Source of the DNA: Lysobacterales bacterium | Lineage (GTDB): Bacteria; Pseudomonadota; Gammaproteobacteria; Xanthomonadales; Ahniellaceae | Assembly: GCA_031391205.1 (NCBI GenBank) | Contig: JANMUE010000446.1 | Coordinates: forward strand, 6,030 to 70,029 | DNA: 64,000 nt | Direction: 5' to 3' | In this document: piece after piece, positions 51,276 to 58,824 of the stretch | Numbering within the stretch: the first letter of the stretch is position 1 | How the letters are laid out: each line of letters starts with the position of its first letter | The notes under the pieces: model-generated | The model's database searches: none | Told to the model about the DNA's origin: nothing | Seen by the model: only the letters and a program-made list of their open reading frames with translations | Program-made: the position numbers and the translations under genes

Positions 51276-52673
51276 ATGTTTGGCACATGGGTAAGAAAGC
51301 CCTCTCCGCGCAGCGTCGCTGTTGTGTTTGTACACGGCGTCCTGTCCAGCGGAGAGAAGTGTTGGCGACATCCCAACGGCGTCTTCTGGCCTGACGTCCT
51401 GGCTGTCGAGCAGGGGCTCCGTGATTTCGGCGTCTATAGCTTTACCTACCGAACGGGCATCTTCTCAGGAAGCTACAGCATTGGTGATGCCATGAACGCC
51501 CTAAAGGAACATCTTCAGCTCGACGGAATCCTTGAAGCGTGCCGCATCGTCTTTGTGTGTCACAGCATGGGTGGCATTGTCGTTCGCAAGTACCTCGTAG
51601 ATCGAGCAGCGGATCTCATCGAGCGAGACATCTCCGTGGGCTTGTTTCTCGTCGCCTCACCATCTCTTGGTTCTGCCTATGCCGATTGGTTGTCGCCCCT
51701 AGCGAAGCTCATGGGCCACTCGCAGGCGGATGCGCTGCGCTTCGTTCGCGACAATGTTTGGCTGATGGACCTTGACTCGGCGTTCATGAACCTCAAGGAA
51801 TCGGGAAGACTGCGGATCAACGGCAAGGAGCTCATAGAAGATCGGTTCATTGTCGGCGGGCCGTTCTTGCGCAAGCAGGCGGTGGAGCCCTTCGCCGGAG
51901 CTCGCTATTTCGGCGAGCACTACAAGGTGCCCGATTCAGACCACAGTTCAATCGCATGCGTCGAAAACTCCAGTGCGATGCAACATCGCCTGCTGGTGCA
52001 GTTTCTGCAGAACTCAGTGCCAGACGTGCAGGCTCCTGTTGTAAACGCAAGCAGCCTCGTTGCCAGACTTCACGCGATGATCACTCGGCCTGAAGACGGC
52101 GAGGATCGAGCCTCAGCGGCTTATCTGCTCTACGTCTCTCGAGATCGCGTCGCGTCACTTTTCCACCAAGTGGACGCTCAGACGCTGCAAGCTGGGCTCT
52201 CTACGAATCGGTCATGGTTACTATTCTCGGAACCCAACGCATCTTCCGGAAGTGATCGCAGTCGCCGTGCTCTCGTGAGCCAACTAGGTACAGTTTTAAC
52301 TCACATCGCGAAATGCGCGGTGGTCACGGGTTTGGAAGAAGCCGTACGAGATGGACGGTTGTCAGCGGACTGGTACATCGTTTGCGCAGACTTCGAGAGC
52401 GAAGGATGGGACGAGCGCGCTGGAACTCAGAGGCTGTTCGGGCGAGTTGGTGATGTCAGCCTTGTCTTGACATGCACAACGTCAAACTTCTCTGGCGTAG
52501 TAGAAGAGCACGGCGCTTACTTGCCAACGTCGACAAGCGCGATCCTGTTTACGCCGGGCCGAACTCTAAAGCTTGCGGCACTGGTCCGTATCGCCGCGTT
52601 TTCTCGGTCGGAAAGAATGCTTGAAGGGACGGCCCTTTTCCTCGCTCTGCGGCCTTTGGACCTAACGATCTGA
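51276..52673 (+). CDS. Alpha/beta-hydrolase (lipase/esterase-type) fused to a ~215-aa C-terminal domain of unknown function
   Basis: GAGGAG Shine-Dalgarno + ATG inside track ORF 51084..52673. It has VAVVFVHGVLSS, the nucleophile elbow VCHSMGG and a candidate catalytic His in PDSDHSSI. The C-terminal half has no motif I recognise. Confidence 0.8.
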   Translation: MFGTWVRKPSPRSVAVVFVHGVLSSGEKCWRHPNGVFWPDVLAVEQGLRDFGVYSFTYRTGIFSGSYSIGDAMNALKEHLQLDGILEACRIVFVCHSMGGIVVRKYLVDRAADLIERDISVGLFLVASPSLGSAYADWLSPLAKLMGHSQADALRFVRDNVWLMDLDSAFMNLKESGRLRINGKELIEDRFIVGGPFLRKQAVEPFAGARYFGEHYKVPDSDHSSIACVENSSAMQHRLLVQFLQNSVPDVQAPVVNASSLVARLHAMITRPEDGEDRASAAYLLYVSRDRVASLFHQVDAQTLQAGLSTNRSWLLFSEPNASSGSDRSRRALVSQLGTVLTHIAKCAVVTGLEEAVRDGRLSADWYIVCADFESEGWDERAGTQRLFGRVGDVSLVLTCTTSNFSGVVEEHGAYLPTSTSAILFTPGRTLKLAALVRIAAFSRSERMLEGTALFLALRPLDLTI

Positions 52674-52682
52674 GGCCAGCCA

Positions 52683-54548
52683 ATGATGTGGAAGTCGCGA
52701 CTATCGGCAGTGCTGGCTCGGCCCTTTGAGGAAATCGCCCTCGTGCCGACTAAGGACGCACCTTTCCGCGGCCGCTACATTCGTATCGGCCATGCGGTCC
52801 TCGGCATAGGCCGGCTACTTGGAATGGGCGGTGAAGCGATCGTCTACGAACTCATCGACCTGGAGTTATCGCAGCTCACGGGAGTGGTCAAGATCTGCAG
52901 GTTCCCTCCGGACACGCATGAGTATCGGAGGTGGGCCGTTCCGATACGCTTTGAGGGCAATTCGCGCTCATTGCTTGCCGAAGTGGAACTCTACCCAGCC
53001 TTGCTACTGAGCGTTCCCGGCGGATTAGTAAAGATTCAGAACTATGTGTCTGCAGATCCGGATGAAGACTGGGCCACACTCGACTCAGTTGGACCACTCA
53101 GCGCGTCAGATCTCGTGCCAATCGAGCGCCTTAATATCGCAGACGCACTCCTTCAACGTCACGGAAACCACGGGGTGCTGCTGGAAGCCCGTGGAAAGGC
53201 GCTCGTGGAGCTGGAAAGGATCGAGGAGGCAGTCGACTCACTCGAGCGCGCAATGGCACTATTTCAAACCGAAAGTCGTGCCGGACTGCTCAGGACGGCG
53301 CCGCTGCTCGCTTGGTGCTATCGAAAGCTCTACCAAGACGTTCGCTGGAAAGGCGCGGCAGCAATCCTCAGCGCGCCGGGGCTCGGCAGGCAGGTCGTGT
53401 TCGCCGATCCAGAAGCAGCAGCGAAAGACGACACACTTGAGGACAAAGCGCTCTACGTCGCACTTGAGGCATTGGACGCTGAGCCCAGTTCCGTTCCAAA
53501 CCTGTTCGTGGTGGCCGACGCGATGATGGCGTCCTGGATCACGATTTCCGAACTGGAGGGCGTGCTTCAAGCGATCGAACGCGTGTGTCCTGGTCACCCT
53601 GATGCAACTAGGCTGCGGGAAGAATACACAGCCATGTGTCGCGACCGAGTGGAAGCGTTCAACCGATTGGCCGCGAGTGCGCCAGGATCGAGCCAAGGGA
53701 GCAACCACTCCGGAGATGAGACATCGAGAGATGCCTCATCTGCAAAGTCAGACGGGTTGCAATATGAGAGTGATGCATCCCGCGCCGCTGCAACTCCAGA
53801 CGAACCTCATGATTACCTTGCAAGGTTTGATCAAGCTTATCGGCCCGAGCCTGACCGGGGACAGACCATTGAAGCGCGGGTATCTTCTGCTTACGCCAAT
53901 CTTTCGGCAAACCGCTTGGCACAGGCTGAAGCCGCAGCGCGAGGCGCGATCGCGCTCGATGCCGGCCATGTCGGCGCCCATCTTGCGCTTGCGCGGGTGC
54001 TGTGCGCCGCTGGCCGAGCCTCTGAGGCGGAGATACTTTTGCGCGAAGCCAGTGGATCGCTCCATCCAAATGCTGAAATGTTCGGGGAACTTGGCTATAC
54101 ACAGCTGATAGCTGAGAAGTTTGAAGCGGCAAGGGCGACGCTTCTTCGTGCGTTGGTTTGCGAGCCGGAGGACGCCTGGACGATTCGGCTCAACCTCGGC
54201 ACGACATGCAGGAAACTTGGCTGTTACGCCGAGTCGCTGGTATGGCTGCGACCTTGCCTTGAGCAGGCACCTGCCGACGCCAGGGCGATTTTGGAACTTG
54301 TATACACCTTGCGGAGCGGGCCAGAAGCCAACCTGGACGAGGCACTTTCCGTTATAGACATCGGGATCGCTCTCAGCCCTTCAGATGCAAACTTGCTCGT
54401 TTGCCGCGCACAACTGGCCGGCATGAAGAAAGACTGGCCAAGAGCCATCGACGACCTCGAGAGAGCAACGGTCATGGAGCCTGATCACCCGTTTGCCTCC
54501 AAGTTCCTAGCGTCCATACGGGACATCACGAGCCGAATCCATGTTTGA
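52683..54548 (+). CDS. Protein with kinase-like N-terminal remnant and TPR repeats
   Basis: 621 aa. It has LGMGGEAIVYEL...GVVKI (Gly-loop and VxK-like) but no HRD/DFG-like motifs. TPR-like helical repeats occupy roughly residues 155-230 and 400-615. It starts 9 nt after the hydrolase stop. Confidence 0.8.
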   Translation: MMWKSRLSAVLARPFEEIALVPTKDAPFRGRYIRIGHAVLGIGRLLGMGGEAIVYELIDLELSQLTGVVKICRFPPDTHEYRRWAVPIRFEGNSRSLLAEVELYPALLLSVPGGLVKIQNYVSADPDEDWATLDSVGPLSASDLVPIERLNIADALLQRHGNHGVLLEARGKALVELERIEEAVDSLERAMALFQTESRAGLLRTAPLLAWCYRKLYQDVRWKGAAAILSAPGLGRQVVFADPEAAAKDDTLEDKALYVALEALDAEPSSVPNLFVVADAMMASWITISELEGVLQAIERVCPGHPDATRLREEYTAMCRDRVEAFNRLAASAPGSSQGSNHSGDETSRDASSAKSDGLQYESDASRAAATPDEPHDYLARFDQAYRPEPDRGQTIEARVSSAYANLSANRLAQAEAAARGAIALDAGHVGAHLALARVLCAAGRASEAEILLREASGSLHPNAEMFGELGYTQLIAEKFEAARATLLRALVCEPEDAWTIRLNLGTTCRKLGCYAESLVWLRPCLEQAPADARAILELVYTLRSGPEANLDEALSVIDIGIALSPSDANLLVCRAQLAGMKKDWPRAIDDLERATVMEPDHPFASKFLASIRDITSRIHV

Positions 54549-55197
54549 AGAATACTTGCCTACCGAGGCTTCCTGGGACGGTCGTTCCGAGCGTTGTACA
54601 CTTCGAGATGCCCCGCGGATCTCGCGGGAGAACTCGGGGCTGTTCGAGTTTACGGCGCTTGTCGCCGCAAAGTTTCTTGCTTGCCTTGGTGGATCTGAAT
54701 CGAGGCAAGTGTCCTTTCGCTTTGGAGTCCGAGAGGACAGCCCCGGCTTTATCAAGCTCGATGTTCTCGGCACGATGATCATCGTGGGCGTGCGAACTCA
54801 ACCGCCTTCGTTGGAGCGCCTACTGCAGATCATTGTACGTGCCCGCCAGTTGTCTGAGCTCGAGAACAGCGAATCGATGATTTTTGTGCCCATTGTGATA
54901 TTTGGGGAAATTCCCGGCCAAGCATTCTATGTAGAAAGCATGCAGACGCCGACGTTCTCTCCCTGGTTCATCAAGGCAGCCGTTGAGTTCACCGCGAGGC
55001 GAATCGCATTCGCCAGCGAAACTGCGGGAGCGGTCGCCTCGCGCACCTACCTTCGACAGATGGAAACCTCGGGAGTGGATCCCGAGGGAATGCTTCTTTG
55101 GCAACCGCTCTTCCGGTTGCTTCTATCAACGGCGCCTGATGCGGTGGGGGTGGAGTTGCGCCGGCAGGTCGCTAGTCAGCTTCTGAGTCGGCTGTGA
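54541..55197 (+). CDS. Hypothetical protein (218 aa), third gene of the operon
   Basis: Overlaps the TPR gene by 8 nt. No recognisable motif. Confidence 0.6.
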   Translation: MFEEYLPTEASWDGRSERCTLRDAPRISRENSGLFEFTALVAAKFLACLGGSESRQVSFRFGVREDSPGFIKLDVLGTMIIVGVRTQPPSLERLLQIIVRARQLSELENSESMIFVPIVIFGEIPGQAFYVESMQTPTFSPWFIKAAVEFTARRIAFASETAGAVASRTYLRQMETSGVDPEGMLLWQPLFRLLLSTAPDAVGVELRRQVASQLLSRL

Positions 55198-55282
55198 TTG
55201 GAGCTTCCACAGCCATTCGCCAAGCTCGGACTCAGAGGTCTCCAGCGCATTTGGGAGTTGATTGAGGTGGCGAGTGCGAGGC

Positions 55283-55313
55283 GATTCGGGAGCGTTATCG
55301 GGGGTAGGGCGGA
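55283..55313 (+). repeat. Direct repeat B (right flank of the hydrolase/TPR operon)
   Basis: GATTCGGGAGCGTTATCGGGGGTAGGGCGGA. The core TTATCGGGGGTAGGG lies at 55295-55309 (+/-1 nt), 4515 bp from the copy A core. Confidence 0.7.
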
Positions 55314-55705
55314 TTTGTGCTTAGTACGAGTCGAAGGGAGGTCTCGCCACTGACAGAGGACTGAAGGTGACAGCTCGCGCGAGAAACATGATCAATTTTG
55401 TCACCAAACCTCGCGTCTATCTTGGAAGAGTTCTCACGGCGGTCCTCGCAAATGCATGCTCCCTACGTCTCACAGACATTCGACTCACGCCTATCGACGT
55501 CTCCCAGCGCTGCTCGCATCGTTCTGCGAGCAGCGCTTGCCTGCAACTGCGGGGGCGTCTCGTGACTTTGGGCAGATTGCCTACGCGCCGGCCGGCTGGG
55601 CATCGCACACCCCTTGTTTTACGCATATTTCATAGAAACCAATGCCTTGTATTCGTTCGACTTTTTGCTGATACAGTGGTGGCTGGGTTCAGGGGCCTAC
55701 GGTCG

Positions 55706-58027
55706 ATGACGGGCATACGCAACGGATTGGGACGCCGGGTCGGGCGCGGTTGGCTCGCGCCCGGGGAGTGGGTCATGTGTCTTTTGCTGGCGTTTACTGC
55801 CGCGACAGGTGTAAATGCGCAGGGCGCGGTGTGCGCCGAAGTCAAGATCGAAATTCCCCAATCGGTCAGCCTTGAGCGGCAGGCATTCAACGCGAAACTT
55901 GGAATCGACAACGGTACGGATGCAGAACTGCAGCAGTTCGGCGTCAATGTCGAGTTCATGGATGATGCTGGGAACGCCGTCATCGGTAGCTCCGATCCGA
56001 ATAACACCACTGCAAAATTCTTTCTTCGCCTCGACGACACCCCTGGCATTGTCGGCGGAGTCGATGGCGCAGGTGTCATCGGGGCTCGCGTCCAAGCACA
56101 GGCCAACTGGCTGATTATTCCGGCCGCGGGGACGGGCGGAACAACCGCGGCTGGGCGCATTTACTACGTGGGCGCCACGATCACCTACACCCAGGCTGGC
56201 GAAGCCAAGACAGTGTCGGTGGTGCCAGACACGATAACGGTTGAGCCCCAGCCGCTATTGGAACTCGATTACTTCCTTCCTACCGACGTCTATGCGGACG
56301 ATCCGTTCACCGCAATCGTGGAGCCTTCGGAGCCTTTCACGTTGGGCGTGCGCATCAAGAACGTGGGTGGCGGCGCGGCCAGACACACCCGCATTGAATC
56401 GGCGCAGCCGAGCATCGTCGAGAATCAGCAAGGACTGGTCATAGGCTTCAATATTGAGGGCTCGTTTGTGCAGAATCAGCCGGCACAACCCACGCTATTG
56501 CTGGATTTCGGCCAAATCGATGCATCTTCCAGCAAAGTCGGCCGTTGGCTGATGACGACCACGCTGTTAGGCAGGTTTTCGGCCTTCAACGCCGAGTACA
56601 CCCATGATGACGCACTGGGTGGCGCGCTCACGTCGCTGATCGATTCGGTGACACCGCATGAACTGGTGAAGGACGTGAGAGTCGACTTGAATGGGCGCGA
56701 CGCGGTGCGCGATTTTCTTGCATTGGATATAGGTACCTATCGGACTTACGAGTCAGAAGGAACCGACATACAGGTCGTCGACAGGTCGCAGGGTGCTTCG
56801 TTGGCCAATCAACCCGATAATCGCTATCTGTTGACGTTCACTCCGTCCACGCTTTCCACTTTTGCACGAGTCCCTGATGCGAGTCACGGCACACTGCGCG
56901 TCGCAGGTGCCATCCGTGTTGCGGATGGTTCTGAGCTGCCGCTTGAGAATGTGTGGCTGTCGAGATCCCGCCAGAGCGGCGGGTCTGGCACAGGCTTCAA
57001 CTATTTCCTCAACCTCTACGATGCGCGTGGAAGCGGTAGCTACCTGATTGCATTTGAAAACGCGGCACAGGCCAGCGTATCCGGTTCGGTCTATCGCGAT
57101 CTGAACAGCAATGGCGTACGCGAGGGCAATGAACCGGGGATCGCAGCCTGCCCAGTGCGGCTCGTGGGAACGGTGGCGGGCGACGCGATCGATACGTCGG
57201 TCATTACGAATGCAATGGGCGATTACTCCTTCACCAGTCTGCAGTCGAGCACGTACTCGCTGACGGTGGGGGACATGCCAGGCTTGGAAAATGGCATGCA
57301 TGCTACGGGTTCCGCGGGTGGATCGATAACGCCGACTGGCATCACCGACGTCGCGGTGCCCGCGGGAGGCACGCTGGGCGGGTATCTTTTTGCCAAACGA
57401 TCGACGTCGCCGACACCTCACGCTGACAGTACCGTGGTGCTCAATACGCTTACGCCCTCGGTCACCATCAATGAAGAGGCAACGGTCCGTATCACCATCG
57501 AGAATCGTGGACCGGATGTCGCGTCCGGTACGCTGAATTTCACGGTGGATTCCGGCCTGACGGTGGTCTCGGTGTCTGCGGGCCAAGGCACGATCAACAA
57601 TGGACTTTGGAGTTTTGGCACCTTACAAGTGCAAGCAGAGTCTATGCTGACCCTGGTCGTGCGTCCAACGCGCGCTGGGACATTTGGGATCGCTGCGACG
57701 CTGGCCGCCGGATCCGACCCCGACATCACCAACAATACGGGACATTTGAACATCACCGCGAGTACCTCAGGCGGCGATCTTTCGTTTGAAGACGGTTTTG
57801 AATCCAAGGCTCAAGCATCCGCCTCGCCACTGGTTCGAATGCTAGGTGCCACACTTGCACAGCCGACGACTCCGGGTACCGCCAGTTCGCCAATAGACGG
57901 AAATTCCGAACATCGCCTTGGGAGCGATCCAGCGAACACACGAGATTCATCTGATTCAGCGCCACGGCCGACGCAATTGATGATCGATGGATTTGAGTCC
58001 AACGACGCGCCACAAGGCGTGCAATGA
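55706..58027 (+). CDS. Large secreted multi-domain protein (CARDB/Cna-B/DUF11-like modules)
   Basis: Start uncertain (ATG at 55706 or 55775 within track ORF 55367..58027). Signal MCLLLAFTAATGVNAQG. It has an SdrD-B/Cna-B-like segment (VSGSVYRDLNSNGVREGNEPGI...GDYSFTSL..STYSLTV) and a DUF11-like segment (VRITIENRGPDVASG...GLWSFGTL...). The C-terminal tail carries two DGFE motifs. Confidence 0.8.
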   Translation: MTGIRNGLGRRVGRGWLAPGEWVMCLLLAFTAATGVNAQGAVCAEVKIEIPQSVSLERQAFNAKLGIDNGTDAELQQFGVNVEFMDDAGNAVIGSSDPNNTTAKFFLRLDDTPGIVGGVDGAGVIGARVQAQANWLIIPAAGTGGTTAAGRIYYVGATITYTQAGEAKTVSVVPDTITVEPQPLLELDYFLPTDVYADDPFTAIVEPSEPFTLGVRIKNVGGGAARHTRIESAQPSIVENQQGLVIGFNIEGSFVQNQPAQPTLLLDFGQIDASSSKVGRWLMTTTLLGRFSAFNAEYTHDDALGGALTSLIDSVTPHELVKDVRVDLNGRDAVRDFLALDIGTYRTYESEGTDIQVVDRSQGASLANQPDNRYLLTFTPSTLSTFARVPDASHGTLRVAGAIRVADGSELPLENVWLSRSRQSGGSGTGFNYFLNLYDARGSGSYLIAFENAAQASVSGSVYRDLNSNGVREGNEPGIAACPVRLVGTVAGDAIDTSVITNAMGDYSFTSLQSSTYSLTVGDMPGLENGMHATGSAGGSITPTGITDVAVPAGGTLGGYLFAKRSTSPTPHADSTVVLNTLTPSVTINEEATVRITIENRGPDVASGTLNFTVDSGLTVVSVSAGQGTINNGLWSFGTLQVQAESMLTLVVRPTRAGTFGIAATLAAGSDPDITNNTGHLNITASTSGGDLSFEDGFESKAQASASPLVRMLGATLAQPTTPGTASSPIDGNSEHRLGSDPANTRDSSDSAPRPTQLMIDGFESNDAPQGVQ

Positions 58028-58779
58028 AATTCGCAGCACTCGCGTGTTTGGCCTGGCTGACGTCGGCGCAAGTCGAGGATTGCGCCAATCCCGCGGTAGC
58101 AGTTGCACCCGAAGCGGCGCCAACACCGGAAAATCCCGATGTGACGCGATTCCCATGCCGGATTGTGGATGCTGGCGGTTTGCCGGAGCGATCCTCTCTC
58201 GAGTTTGTGGATGTTCGCCCATCGCCTGTCCGAGAACCGGTGTCGGGCGCGCGAGTGCTCACTATGGCGCAGCTTGATGAGCGTCCGCCGGCGTCGGGTT
58301 TGACCCGTGTACTGCTGGGTGATGGTCTGAATGATTCGGTTGTTGCACAACAGTGCCAACCCGTGACAGCAACGCGCGCGTACGTGCTGAAAGGTGGCGT
58401 GAGGAGTTGGCAGGTCAGGTTTTCTGGCTTGGCGCGAGCGCCCGGATTTGAGGTCGGTCGCAAGTTTGCAGAGGTCAGTGTTGCCGAAGCACTGGCGGCT
58501 CGATCCACTTTTGCATTCGATACGAGCAGCGAGCAGACGCTGGCTCGAATGCTGGATGCCAAGGGACTCAACTACGTGGATATTGATGAGATGGAGGCAG
58601 GTCTTTCAGCTCCGATCGTGTTTTTGACCGATTACGCCGGTAGTCCACCTATGCAGGCGCTCGCGCTGGACTACTACTTGCTAGGCGGAGTGCAGGCCCT
58701 TCGCCGGGAATTGATACACGCGCAAGCGAGTGCGAAAGGTGCGTCGACGGTCTTACGCAGACCTTGTTATTTGCCTTGA
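58024..58779 (+). CDS. Secreted protein with two rhodanese-like halves lacking the active-site Cys
   Basis: Signal MKFAALACLAWLTSAQ. YVLKGGVRSW and YYLLGGVQAL resemble rhodanese C-terminal motifs. The expected Cys-loop positions read LLGDGLNDS and FLTDYAGS. ATGA overlap with the upstream gene. Confidence 0.5.
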   Translation: MKFAALACLAWLTSAQVEDCANPAVAVAPEAAPTPENPDVTRFPCRIVDAGGLPERSSLEFVDVRPSPVREPVSGARVLTMAQLDERPPASGLTRVLLGDGLNDSVVAQQCQPVTATRAYVLKGGVRSWQVRFSGLARAPGFEVGRKFAEVSVAEALAARSTFAFDTSSEQTLARMLDAKGLNYVDIDEMEAGLSAPIVFLTDYAGSPPMQALALDYYLLGGVQALRRELIHAQASAKGASTVLRRPCYLP

Positions 58780-58824
58780 AGCTGCTGTTTGTCCCTTGAT
58801 CTCCATTCTTGAAGGAAGTGCGTT

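Noticed and set aside
50512-51294. 260-aa plus-strand track ORF upstream of the hydrolase gene
   Set aside because: The first half is Arg/Pro/Gly-rich with no Shine-Dalgarno sequence or motifs, and it overlaps the well-supported start (GAGGAG + ATG at 51276) of the hydrolase gene. It is treated as non-coding or decayed sequence, and noted in the coding-poor-region finding (49903-51275).
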